From assembly GCF_006345805.1 (NCBI RefSeq), contig NC_043006.1, positions 98,270,001 through 98,334,000 of the forward strand: a DNA stretch of 64,000 bases, given 5' to 3'. Positions 27,729 through 39,774 of the stretch are shown here, one piece after another (position 1 is the stretch's first letter; each line of letters begins with the position of its first letter). A program made the position numbers and the translations under genes. The stretch comes from Octopus sinensis (lineage: Eukaryota). Under the pieces are notes generated by a model. It had not been told where the DNA came from and made no database searches. It saw only the letters and a list, made by a program, of their open reading frames with translations.

Positions 27729-28396
27729 GTAAATGATTTAGCGAGGAGTATATAGGTGAAACAATGCCGGTAGGTTACTGTAGATGAGTAATTACCAGAT
27801 TGAATTTAGACCGTAATAGAATCCACAATCTTTAGATAAAAATATGTACAGCTAAAATGTCTAACAGGTGACATTTTGTACATCGGACCGAACGAATTTG
27901 AAGTTGTGGCTTGAACGGGCCTGCGAGAAGAAAAGGAATGAAAAGACTATAGTGTTTAAATTCATAATGTGCCATAATATGGTTTAATCTAACATGGTCT
28001 GGTAATATTATTTCAAAACTATCTAAAATGTTAGTTGCTTCCTTGCAGAAAAACACCCCTATCCATCTAGTAATTATTTCATATTTCTAATAAAATTAAG
28101 ATAATAATTTTATTCTCTACATTATCTAATCTGGAGAACATTCTAATGGCATTCATTATTGTGGGAATTGTTGACTGACGTCATAACAGATGAATTGTAC
28201 AATTTTCTGAAAAAAGGAGGATCTGCTGCCAGGAGACCAAAATGGAAGTAGGAAGAAATCAAGAAGGATAGCAGAATATAAAATAGGTATGATTAAGGTT
28301 GAACAGAAAGTGCATCACAGAGCCAGCTCTCACAGTGACTGAGTATGCTCGCAGTGAATGAGAGGATAAACCATTTTTTTGAGAAAGCAAAGATGG

Positions 28397-28502
28397 AATG
28401 AGAGGTACGTAACGTGAAAATATGCAAATATAGAATGAGAAGTACTTAACGTGAAAATATGCAAATATAGAATGAGAAGTATGTAACGTGAAAATATGCA
28501 AA
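28397..28502. repeat. 37-bp tandem repeat, ~2.8 units
   Basis: aacgtgaaaatatgcaaatatagaatgagaagta starts at 28411, 28448 and 28485. Confidence 0.9.
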
Positions 28503-29665
28503 GAGATTTTCTTACGAGACTTGCGCTGTACCATTTAGTAGTTGAGAGGATCGCGGGAACGGCCAGTTTCGAAGTGGTTGGCTCAAACAAAGTAGTGTTT
28601 CGATTCCCCTGCTAGCGATATATTGTATATAAGGGTGCAGAGCTTGCACCGGAAACCAGCTACCGGAGAATCCGCCTGGGGTGAAACTAGTAGAAACATC
28701 CATCAGCCACATAAATGTGGCTATTCGCCTTACTGTTTCGTATACGTTGCTACTCTATATCTTCTTGATACTTTATATATGTAAGTTGAATTTCAAGTTA
28801 AGCAATCAATGTTTAGAAAGTAGGCTAAAACTTGCGGTAACCAAACTATATTTCAGGGTAAGTCTCATGTATTGTGTCTGCAGAGCATTTTCTTTTCACC
28901 ACTTGTGGCCAAAAAGGGGTCATCAGCAATACTTTGCGTTCATCATTAGATCTAGATCCAAATATTCCAGGCTAAACGTAGGCTGTATTTCAAAGATTAA
29001 TAGAGAAGACGAAGCATTCATCAGCACAACACGTTTCGGTTTTAGATGTTGTGCTAACAAGTGCTTTTTATTATACTCCATCTCCTCCATTAATCTTTAA
29101 AATAGTCAATATATATATACAGGCATCATTCGTCAATTTCTTGAAAATATGGTCATGACCCCGAAATATTGAATACAAGGTAAATCTACATTGATGCACA
29201 TATTTGTCTTGTTCTGATTCACCATGCAGTTACTTCGCATCATTTTGGCCTTAACCACGATCTTTTATAAATATATTCTACGCAATTCTTCATAGTAATT
29301 ATTCAATTATGTATATATACGTTTGAGTTGTTCAGTTACAATAGCTACAGTTTTACATTAGTCTGAGGATTACTGTATACCTTTGTAAAAGAATATCTAT
29401 GAGGGTTACTTCGCAGTTTTATCCCAGTTAAGCCAGCCATGTTCGGACTGCGAAATCGTGAAGAGTGGTTTTGGAGAATTTTGTATTGATTAAATGTGTA
29501 ATGTTATTTATAATAAGAGTAGATCGTGTACGATTGGGTATATATTCGTAAAAAAGAAGTTTGAAAACGCCACTATATTATATCAATTTTAATTTTCTTA
29601 TGAATTTTATATGTTTCGGTTCTTGAAAAAACGAGCCTTATCAAAAATATTTTAAAAAGTAAAAG

Positions 29666-29766
29666 GGTTGCAACAGCTCAGCTGTGGCAGTCTTAGCAGC
29701 AGTAGGATGACCAGTGACTGGTCATCCTAATGCTGCTAAGACTGCCATAGCTGAGCTGCTGCAACC
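29666..29766. repeat. 101-bp GC-richer palindrome (50-bp arms, 1-nt spacer, 3 mismatches)
   Basis: ggttgcaacagctcagctgtggcagtcttagcagcagtaggatgaccagt-g-actggtcatcctaatgctgctaagactgccatagctgagctgctgcaacc. Confidence 0.95.
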
Positions 29767-30037
29767 TCAACCACCACCACGGTTACTACTACTAAAACCA
29801 ACAGTCACTACTGCTGCTACCATTTCAGTCGCGAGTCATTCTAACACAAGAAAGCTAAAAAACAACTACGTGGATCCCGTTGATACCAGCAAGAAACAGT
29901 AATGAACTTCTTTACTACACTCAACTTGAAATTTATAGCTATTATACCTACTACCGACAAAACACCACCACATGGATTCTATTGAGACCAGTAAGAACAA
30001 ATTATGAACTTTTCTATTACACTTTACTTTTTATAAT

Positions 30038-30082
30038 ATTTTTGATAAGGCTCGTTTTTTCAAGAACCGAAACATGTAAAAT
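30038..30082 (+). ncRNA. Decayed minimal hammerhead motif (mirror copy at 29605-29647, minus strand)
   Basis: ttt-TTGATAA-GGCTC-gttttttcaa-GAACC-GAAA-CATG-TA-aaa. Core CUGAUGA is mutated to UUGAUAA; palindromic ACAUGU stem III and GUA triplet are retained. Confidence 0.55.
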
Positions 30083-31079
30083 TCATAAGAAAATTAAAAT
30101 TTATCTAATATAGTGGCGTTTTCAAACTTCTTTTTTACAAATATATATATATATATATAACGTAAGGGGTATTATCCATCTGAATGTGACTAGCCACTGG
30201 GGGGGGGGGTGGTGTTACTGATGTTTTTAGCCCCAGGCGATCAACGTCACCAGAAGGACTTTAGACACTATCTCAGTGCCCTTGTGTTATTTCCAAAGGG
30301 AGGTCATCCTCCCTCGAAGACCCGAGTACTACATACGGACTATAGTTTCAAGGTAATTGCCTCTCGTATATATATATATATATATATAGGTATATTTATA
30401 GGCGTTGGAGTGTATGTGTGGTAGGTAGCTTGCTCACCAACGACGTTTCCGGGTTCATTCCGGAAAAAAATAATAATGATTAAAAAATCATTATTATTTT
30501 TTTAAATTATATTTTTTGGGTACTTTTTATATTTTTTATTATTTAAAAATTCTTTTATTTATTTTTTTTTCAGCATTTAGATATGTAAATAAACAGATCA
30601 ACATACAGATGGATAGGTATATAAAGATGCACATCCATACATACAAACATAGTATATAGTTACATAACACACACGCACACACTGACCCACACTGACACAC
30701 ATGCGCACAACAAACAAATAGGAACGCAGTGTAAATAACGGACAGAGTCAAGACTATTGAAAAGGTTGCAAGACGCAACGAAAATTTTAGAAAATAAAAA
30801 TAAGAAATAAGCGGAAACTTTACCGGTGAGTGTGTTAAATAATAAGGCACTAAAAGAGAATGACTCTCCCCAGACACAACAGAATATATATATTAGTCTG
30901 TCAGTATCTCTTCCCTCTCTCTATACATATATATAGAGAGAGAGAAAGAGAAAGAGGGAGAGAGAGAAAGAGAGAGAGAGACAGAGAGATAGAGAAAGGG
31001 AGAGAGAGCTTTGCAATCAAATGTGTGTTTAGGTATGACACTTTGTTACGTAGGCACAGAGTGTGCATGCAGTTTAGTT

Positions 31080-31960
31080 ATTTTTGATTTTATTGCGTTT
31101 GGTCCTTTCCTTTGATAATGTAAACATCAAAGGTACGAAGACCAGCGTTTATTGACTGTAATGGAAACTCTTAGGGATTCACAACAGAATGTATGTAGCT
31201 GGTATGTTTTAGATGATCACTTCTTTTACTTGTTGTTTTTGTTATGTAAAATAATTCCTATTGTTATTGAAAAGCCAGGGGTGTAGTAGTGTTGTTAGTA
31301 TTGTGTTTTATTGTTCACCAAAGGATTTGGTTAGGTGTAAAGACCGTTGGTCTGTATGCATCTGTTTATTTGTGCTTTGTTCTATAAGGAATAGGATTAG
31401 TGTATAGAGATTGCAACCATTGTAGTTTTATGGAGTCAGAGCTTTTGGCGAGTGTGCTTATAAATACCTCTTTCAAACGTGGGTATGTTATAAAAAGCTA
31501 TTTAAGTTTCTGGATATATGCAAAATTTGGGAATTATAAAGGGTTGCATATATTCATGTGTAAGAATGTGAATAAGAAGATAATATGAATTTAAAACTTT
31601 AAGAAGTTATAATTTAAAAAAGGAAAGAAAAGAAAAATTAAAAAGAATTGTAAAAATAAATTGTTACAACTTACTTCCATACAAATACATACTTCTTATA
31701 TTTTCGTGTGTGTGTAGGCTGGTGTTATAAGATCTGTTGTGAGAATTTTGTTTGAAGGGAAATATTTAGATAATTTGTAGAATATATGTTTAGTCTAAAG
31801 ATGCAAAAGCGTATTTTTATTAAGCTGACAGTTTATGTTGATAGTTCATGGTCGAGATGGCGGAAGGGAAGTTGGTGAAACGTTTATCCGTTATAAAAAA
31901 TTACTGCTTTGAAATGTTACGGTGTTTTTAAGATTTTGTCCTTTCAAGAAGATACTAGTT
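31080..31960 (-). mobile_element. Probable highly decayed Penelope-like fragment
   Basis: Only weak translated remnants (RFTNFPSAISTMNYQHKLS-like thumb segment). Composition resembles the other PLE pieces. Confidence 0.3.
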
Positions 31961-32089
31961 CAGTGATTGATTCAGTTTAGGATTTGGCCCATGAATGATA
32001 GAATTTGGCAGGGTTCATGAATGTAAAGATGGTGGGTATTGTTGTTACTTTGGTTAGGTTGAGCGTATTTTACAATTCATGATAAAAGG

Positions 32090-32490
32090 AGCATTTTAGG
32101 ATCTCAATTGCCATAACAAAAAAGTCCACACAACCAGTTATCAATATCTAACGAAATTTCTACATTTTCAAAACAAAGGATTAGATCAAATACAACTAAA
32201 AATAATTTAACTATTAAGTCATCCTGTGCCTACCTAACAATGTATCACACTTGTTTACATAGGTCTACTTTCATCAAGAAATTCTTATCAATATCACAAC
32301 CCCAGATTTAATCAATAAAAATTTATTCAGAACACCCTTCCAGAATAGCCCACCATAAAATCTAGTTACCATTGCACTCCAACACACACACTCAAAGAAG
32401 ATTTTAACACAGCAGAGTCTATACAAAGCCAAGATGGCCATTAATATATGGCAATCCGAAGATGGCTTAACTAGTTGAAACTTCAAATAT
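32090..32490 (+). mobile_element. Penelope-like fragment ending in a decayed hammerhead-like box
   Basis: QYHNPDLINKNLFRTP linker remnant shares ccccagatttaatcaataaa with 56150-56170 (opposite strand). Ends cCGAAGA-tggcttaactagtt-GAAACT. Confidence 0.4.
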
Positions 32491-33837
32491 AAATATAAAT
32501 ATGTATGTATGCATCTGTGTGTGTGTGTGGGTGTGTGTGTGTGTGTGTGTGAATATATACATAGACATTTTTTATTATGCACATTTGTCAGGCAAGCAAT
32601 AACGACAAGAGAATATTATAGTCGATTCCTGCACGTCTGACAATTATATTCCTAGATTGCGAATGAGTGTAAGCGGCCGTTTGCGTGGTGATATCTATAT
32701 ATATAAAACTGTAGTCCATATCTAAAATATTAAAAATATCCATATTTTGAGGGAAAAAATTGGCAGTAAACAGCCACGAACCCTCAGCCTTTTGATTACC
32801 AGACAGGTGCTTTTACAGTTAAGCTTAACTGTCCATTGACAAATTAATTTGCAGTTTTTGTACTTATAAATCTAGCATATAAGACACTGTAGGTTAAATT
32901 CAAATTACGATAAATGTAAACAAACAATGTTTGCTTTCAGAAGTGTCGAGATGTATTGTAACATACAGATAAGGAAATAATTTATTCTCAAACGCCGAAA
33001 TACTGATACAACGGCAGGAACTGGATAAAATATCCATATTTTGCGGAAACATTTGTCAGCAACCAGCGATGAGACTGGAACTCACGGATTAATTTCTTAA
33101 TGGGCAGTTTAGCTTAATTTACACGTGTATATGTGTGTGTGTGTGTGTGTTTGTTCTGTTTGATATATCGAAGTGGAAGAGGAAGCTAATGAGAGTACGT
33201 GTCTAGGTGTGTGTGCGTGCATGTTATTGTGTGTGTGTAAGTGTGTGTGTGCATACGTGAGTGAGTGTGTGTGTGCATATGCACGCACTAGGGTGTTCTA
33301 TTTTTATGTATTTATGTGTGCGGATGAAGGCACCCAGTTTGCCTGTGTGTGTATGCTCGCACACGCACACATATACACACACTCACACACGCAAGAACAA
33401 GCACGCACACTCACACATATACACATACTCACACACACAAGAGTAAGCATGCACGCACACACCCACACGTAAAGCCATTATCTTCCTCTTCCACTTCGAC
33501 ACCTCAAACAGAGCCAGCACGCACAAACGTCCACGAGAGAGTACACAGTTGACACGTGCTCACGGATAAGGGCAAAGACTCATTGACAAATCTGAGATTC
33601 AAAACGGACCATTGTCGTTTATTAGACACTGCCACACCATTAGGAGAAATATTGGTACATATATGAAATATTACAAGCGCTGCTTTAAAAAGCACGAAAC
33701 TAGAATTGAAAAATGCGCATACACAAATGTGCTAAATAATGTCATAATAGAGTTCTACATTTAAGAGTTGAGGAATTATGCACATTATTTACATTATTAA
33801 CATTTGACCGATATTTGTCCTCATCTTGTTTGTTGTG

Positions 33838-33883
33838 AACACAATGTTTCGGCTGATATACCGTCCAGCTTTCATCAGGCGTC
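33838..33883 (-). ncRNA. Minimal type I hammerhead motif, family C, slightly decayed
   Basis: GACGC-CTGATGA-A-AGCTG[10 nt]CAGCC-GAAA-CAT-T-GTGTT. Stem I pairs; stem III ACAU is probably a CpG-decayed ACGU. Confidence 0.65.
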
Positions 33884-33958
33884 TTTGGGAAGTTTCGAAC
33901 CTGGGTTCTCATTCCTAAGGTATTTTTCGATGTTGTTATTATGATTATTATTATTATT

Positions 33959-34104
33959 CTATGTTTGACTTTTGCTTTACATTTGTACAAGTTGGCTCCA
34001 AGTCTCACCCAGAGACCTCAAGAGACAAGAAGCTGGAAGTTCATGTTGGTGTTATGCCTAAGGTGCCATATATTTGGTTTTGTACTTAGTGTTGTACTGG
34101 TGAA

Positions 34105-34106
<2 letters not shown>
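33959..34106 (-). mobile_element. 148-bp insertion inside the (TAA)n tract of family C, probably a LINE 3' end
   Basis: Unique segment bounded on both sides by (TTA)n and absent from the sister copy at 34272-34550. Confidence 0.5.
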
Positions 34107-34168
<62 letters not shown>

Positions 34169-34271
34169 GTTGTTGTTGTTGTTGTTGTTGTTGAGGTCAC
34201 TGCCTGGAATCGAAATAGGAATCTTGGGATTAGGAGCCCGCGCTCTTAACCACTATGCCATATGGCCACAG

Positions 34272-34317
34272 GCATTCCGAGTTTAATTCCAGGCAGTCAC
34301 CTGAATAACAATAACAA

Positions 34318-34355
<38 letters not shown>

Positions 34356-34550
34356 ACTACTACTACTACTACTACTAATGATAATAATAATAATAACATC
34401 GAAAAATACCTTAGGAATGAGAACCCAGGTTCGAAACTTCCCCAAGACACCTGATGAAGGCCGGAGGGTATATCAGCCGAAAAATTGTGTTAACAACAAA
34501 CAAGATGACGATAAATATCCGTCAAATGTAAAGAATGTAAATAAGGTAAT
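34272..34550 (+). mobile_element. SINE-like family C, second copy, head-to-head with the first and truncated within the tRNA head
   Basis: ttccgagtttaattccaggcagtcacctg, (CTA)n/(AAT)n, then the same tail as the minus copy. Confidence 0.8.
34446..34491 (+). ncRNA. Minimal type I hammerhead motif, family C
   Basis: GACAC-CTGATGA-A-GGCCG[10 nt]CAGCC-GAAA-AAT-T-GTGTT. Stem I is 5 bp; stem III is mutated. Confidence 0.65.
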
Positions 34551-34559
34551 GTGGATTAA

Positions 34560-35050
34560 CTCAAAATTGTCCTCTTCCTCCAGCATATAATTCTTTGCCG
34601 CACGCTGCATGACAGCCACTAGATCTGATTGAAGTCATGTTCAGTCACCCAATTCATTCTGGATCTTGGAATCATCTGCAGAGATTCTTATATCGCGATG
34701 CTTGATGGTGTGAGTAATGTCATTGATGTGGATGATGAAAAGAAGTGGTCCCAACACAGGGCCTTCTGGAAACCCATTACTGACTTAGATTTGATTCGAT
34801 TTTATTCCTTCGACTACAACGTGTTGGGTTCTGACCGTGAGGAAACATTTGATCCATTGTAGTAACTTTCCAGAGACATCAATGTTGGATAGTTTTTCAA
34901 GAGAATATTATGACCAACCCTATCAAAGGCCTTGATGAAATCGAAGTAGACGACACCGGTACTGGAGCCCTCTCCCAAAGCTCCCAAAAGTCAACAAATT
35001 GATGCAGGAGCTGCATTATGCATTTACTTGAATTAGGAAACCCATAAAGT
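34560..35050 (-). mobile_element. CR1/L2-type (Jockey group) reverse transcriptase fragment, decayed
   Basis: Minus translation: YGFPNSSKCIMQLL, VVYFDFIKAFDRVGHNILL, WIKCFLTVRTQHVVVEG, GFPEGPVLGPLLFIIHINDI, ISADDSKI. Confidence 0.9.
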
Positions 35051-35108
35051 CCAACACACACACACACACAAACACATACACACACAGACACACACACATA
35101 TATATATA

Positions 35109-35645
35109 TGAGAAAGAATGTTATATTTAATCGCTGCGCGCGATATAAACAGTAACAGTACGGAACCGTAACATATATTAGCCAACTAAGTGTGGTACCC
35201 TCTACAGGACAGCGCTACTTATGTTTATTGCCCCGGGAAGATATCTCCTTCAGCCGGCTAACACACACATTCTATGTCCGATTTGTATTTGCGAGGATAG
35301 GTCACCGCTCCCATCTTTAGCATTAGGTGATACACACGGATTCGAGTTTCTGGGTGGTTACCCGTCCTCGACGTGTGTTAATCACCAGCTAGCGATGGAA
35401 GCCTATTTCACTCGCAAATTTCTATATATTTTTCTAGCGATACAATGTCACTGATCTCGTTGGTGAGAGAGGATGTTATATTTAATCTCTGTACGAGATA
35501 TAAACAGTAGCAAAACGGAACTGTAACATATATGTTTACCAAAAGAATGTACGTCGTTAGCCAGCTGGGATGGTGGCTTACTGAGCTTATAAACATCAGT
35601 AGCACTGTCCTATATAGGACGCCACACTTAGTTGGCAACTATATA
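35109..35645. mobile_element. Unclassified element with split direct and inverted repeats
   Basis: Block A (35109-35178) repeats directly at 35465-35535. Block B (35178-35228, gccaactaagtgtgg...ggacag.gctact.atgtttat) recurs inverted at 35589-35645. Confidence 0.55.
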
Positions 35646-35648
35646 CTA

Positions 35649-35692
<44 letters not shown>

Positions 35693-35757
35693 TATTATAT
35701 ATATATATATATATATAAATATAAATATATATAGATATATATAATATATATATATTA

Positions 35758-35825
<68 letters not shown>

Positions 35826-35831
<6 letters not shown>

Positions 35832-36408
35832 CTTCGAGACGCGTTCTTAAAGGGATGAATTATATGGTTATTGACGATGTGTCTATTTTCGGCATATTTG
35901 GCATTAGAAATTTTTCTTCTTTTGCCCTTTTTTATAAGTTGTTTATAAATTTAACCTTTAAAGTTATTTTTAATATGCTGGCCATTGATAGAATGTTTTA
36001 ACAAAACTTTCTCTTCTATTAGATGTAAATTTAATAGTGTTCACTTCCGGATTCTCTCACTCTATGAGAGTTTTCAGTTCGAATCGCATGAGCCTCGAGG
36101 TGTGCAGGAGAATTTCTATTTTGGATATATTTGGGATACTCATGACTTAGTGTTTGCTTCTTCTATGGGTAGAAGTGAGTATTTCATTTATTTCTTTGCC
36201 GCATTTATCACTGACGAAGACAAGGTTCTTATGAATTAACTCTGAAATCGGGTCCGATATGATAATAGCGGAATTTTTTAGAAATTTCTGTCGGCTTTCT
36301 TCGAGACGCGTGCTTATAATGATGAATTATATGGTTATGGACGGTGTGTCTATTGTCGGCATATTTGGCATTAGAATGATTTTCTTTTGCGCCCTTGTTT
36401 ATAAGTTG
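35826..36408 (+). mobile_element. Pseudo-LTR-like repeat family E with a partial terminal direct repeat
   Basis: 35826-35945 is repeated at ~36292-36408. The body is homologous to 49885-50223 and contains a CUGACGA hammerhead motif. Confidence 0.65.
36206..36259 (+). ncRNA. Hammerhead-like motif, CUGACGA variant, decayed
   Basis: TATCA-CTGACGA-AGA...TCT-GAAA-TCGGG-TC-CGATA. With the copy at 50024 it supports a consensus TATCG/CGATA stem I and a probable ACCGGU stem III. Confidence 0.5.
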
Positions 36409-36468
36409 TATATATATATATATCTATATATATATATATATATGCAATGGAATATTACGCACACAAGC

Positions 36469-36531
<63 letters not shown>

Positions 36532-36739
36532 TATATATATATATATATACGTTAACATAATTGTGTACTTCTCTACAAATTTCTTTTGATATAAGATGTG
36601 TATATATGCATAGATATTATATATGTAAATATTTAAGAATGTCTAATATAAATACACACTCAGACACACACATATATATGTATGTATATACATATATATG
36701 TATATGCATACATATATTCTTTTATTCTTATATTCTTAT

Positions 36740-37084
36740 GCTTGTTTCAGTCATTTGACTGCGACCATGTTGGAGCACCACATTTAGTCGGGCAAATCGG
36801 CATCAGGACTTATTCTTCGTAAGCCTACTACTTATTCTATAGTTATCTTTTGCCGGACCGTTAGAAAACAGGGACGTAAAACACACGAGCATCGGCTGTC
36901 ATGCGACGTTGGGTGGAGAAACACACACACACACAAAGTTTCATCTACCACATCCACTCACAAGGTCTTGGTCGGCCCGAGGATATGGTAGAAGACACTT
37001 GCCCAACGTTCCACGCATTGTGACTCAACCAGGATCCATGTGGTTGGTAAGCCAGTTATTTACAACGCAGAGACTCCCGCGCCT
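36740..37084 (-). mobile_element. SINE family A, diverged, with a central deletion
   Basis: Both halves present; the (TA)n tract and the acgacgggcttctttc junction are missing. Confidence 0.8.
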
Positions 37085-37102
37085 ATATATATATACATAC
37101 AC

Positions 37103-37149
<47 letters not shown>

Positions 37150-38700
37150 TGGGGTACTACATAGGGTCCCTGCTTCGTTAAACATAGAAGTCAGAGTACT
37201 TATAAACCAGAGATTTCTCTGTGGCTTAGTAGCATTTATACTTCTATTTTTAGCGAAGCAGGTACTTATGTAGTACCGTAGTATATATAAATATACCTCT
37301 ATATCTTATACATAGTTCATTAATTTGCCTATGCAGCTTTATGCTCGCGGCCACCAACAAAATTATTTTTATAAATAATATGCATCTTGTGTGTTTATGT
37401 ATATATATATATATGTGTGTGTGCATGCACACACACACATGTATGTGAGTGTTGTGTGCCTCCTCTGAATATTCATTCAGAATCACAAAATAAAGTGAAA
37501 TTGAAAGGAGAATATCATGTCATAAAATATTTTCGTTTTGAAGAATTTCTATGGATTCCTGCTTCTTGTAACTTTTGGAAGGAATATGAATATTGTAAAG
37601 ATAACGAGTCTTCATATTGCCATAAGATGGATGTATTTTTATTGTGATAATTATGCTATAGCATCAGAAGTACTACTTGGTTTGTATTGCCTTCTGTTTA
37701 AATATTTCACTTGCACCAGACTGAGTAGTAATGTTTCTAATATAAAATAAAGTAAAACATTGAAAAACAGCTACATTAATTAGGTAACCAATGGGAAGTG
37801 TACCTGATGATAAAACACGTGTCGATAAACTCTTAGCAAGTGATGAAACGGACTCGAGAATATTCAAACACCCAGAAAGTATATTCCTGGTGTCAAGAAC
37901 AGAATAAAAAAGGTTGCAATCGGTTTGGTGAGTAATATACGAAGTTACGATCGCTTCTTGATTATAGTGTATAGCACTAGCATTTACTGAATCTAGAGGC
38001 TAGGGTTCATGCTACCTAAAGGCCAACGAAAACGTTTGCTTTGTAATTTTGCAAGTAAACTAATGTGCAAGATTCAAATTAGCAAAAAAAACAAAAACCG
38101 AATGAATATTAAGAAATTTTGTCCTGAATATATTGCAAAATTATATCGGTAATTTCTTTGAAATTATCCGATATTTTGGAACAAGTGGAAACATAATTTG
38201 GCAGAATGAATTGTGTTATAATTATTGTGAGACAGCATAAAACTTAACTTTTCAAGAAATATCGTATCGACACTTAAGTCTTTTTCTTTTCTCTATGACA
38301 GTCGAAACGACTTGCATTTATATATTGCAAACACTTTTTCAGTTTACCGAATTGTTTGCTATTTTATTTTTGATGCAAAACTTCATTTTTATTGTGGTTG
38401 AAAATTTAGTATATTTTTCCAGTTAATGTATCATATATATTTCTGATATTTTAATGGTATCTTTCCATGATATTTCGTACATTTTATTTTCTCTTCTTCT
38501 AACTTTCCTTGCTGTGTTTCATACTCTTTCTAGTTCTGCAAATGTATCTTATCCACAGAGGATTCTACGCTATATACACTCGGCACATTTACTTACTTTA
38601 CAGTCATACAATTGTAAACTGATGTTAAATTGTCCTTGCAAATATCCGTGATTCTCGACCTTCTGATTATTTTAACTCCTCATTACTCTCATATCTTAGT

Positions 38701-39114
38701 CAGCGCAGAACTGGCTGTGTGCTAACCAACCGCACGGTTCCGGGTTCAGTCCCACTGCGTGGCATCTTGGGCAAGTGTCTTCTGCTATAGCCCCGGGCCG
38801 ACCAATGCCTTGTGAGTGGATTTGGTAGACGGAAACTGAAAGAAGCCTGTCGTATATATGTATTTATATATATAAGTGTGTGTGTATATGTTTGTGTGTC
38901 TGTGTTTGTGTCTGTCCACCTAGCATTGCTTGAAAACCGATGCTGGTGTATTTACGTCCCCGTCAGCTAGCGGTTCGGCAAGACAGACCGATAGAATAAG
39001 TACTGGGCTTACAAAGAATAAGTCCCGGGGTCGATTTGCTCGACTAAAGGCGGTGCTCCAGCATGGCCGCAGTCAAAGGACTGAAATAAGTAAAAGAGTA
39101 AAATAGTAAAAGAG
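38701..39114 (+). mobile_element. SINE family A, near full length
   Basis: Head has a short deletion; body and gagtaaaa tail match the family. Confidence 0.9.
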
Positions 39115-39689
39115 ATTAATTAATTTCTAATTTCATTCCTTATCATTTATTTTAATATAAATTCTCAATTGATGTTAAACTATAATTACCCTATACTTAT
39201 TCGGATACAGTAGAATCTAGGAAGTTTTACCATCATTTCTTTCATGTGAACATCTGTATACAATCTCTTTCCATAAGATTCTCTCAATAGTTCCTTCTTA
39301 TATTCCATTTTCACATATTTCTTTCTCGTTTATCCACTGATTTCTTTTATAATGATTCCATCCTACCTTTCGCCTACACAGGATACCTTAACTTACTCCT
39401 TTATCTCGATACTTGTATACAACAAACTTAATTTCTATAGTCCTTCCCATATCCCAATTTACTAACTTAAAGAACTAGAAATATTTTTGTCTTTGTTTAG
39501 AGTTTTGTGAAATTTAGAATATATGCGAATGTAAATGTCAGAATAACCACAATAACTACGAAAGAAAAAACAATTTCCGCTTTGGCTTCTGTTGAGGGTT
39601 ATCTTTTTATCTCCTTACATTTGCTTATCTTCATACATTTCCCGAAATATACATGCATATCTCTAAATTATATATATTATATCTATATA

Positions 39690-39724
<35 letters not shown>

Positions 39725-39730
39725 ATATAT

Positions 39731-39774
<44 letters not shown>

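Larger units (their letters stand above)
29538..30148. repeat. ~125-bp inverted repeat pair (29538-29663 / 30023-30148), probably a Penelope-type pseudo-LTR
   Basis: Arms are reverse complements with few mismatches (gtaaaaaagaagtttgaaaacgccactatatt...gagccttatcaaaaatatt). Each contains a decayed hammerhead motif. Confidence 0.85.
33732..34268 (-). mobile_element. SINE-like family C: tRNA head, (AAC/AAT)n, hammerhead-bearing tail
   Basis: Minus strand: gtggccatatggcatagtggttaagagcgcgggctcc...ttcgattccaggcagtgacc, then trinucleotide tracts, then acatcgaaaaataccttaggaatgagaacccagg...gacgcCTGATGAaagctggacggtatatcagccGAAAcattgtgtt...aataatgt. Confidence 0.8.

Noticed and set aside
32694-33120. 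Second possible Helitron (TCTATATATATAAAA start, internal aaaatatccatattttg repeat)
   Set aside because: No convincing 3' hairpin or CTRR end was found.
21957-34268. tRNA-like sequences at the SINE heads
   Set aside because: No complete cloverleaf; they continue into repeat bodies and are multi-copy, so they are SINE heads rather than tRNA genes.
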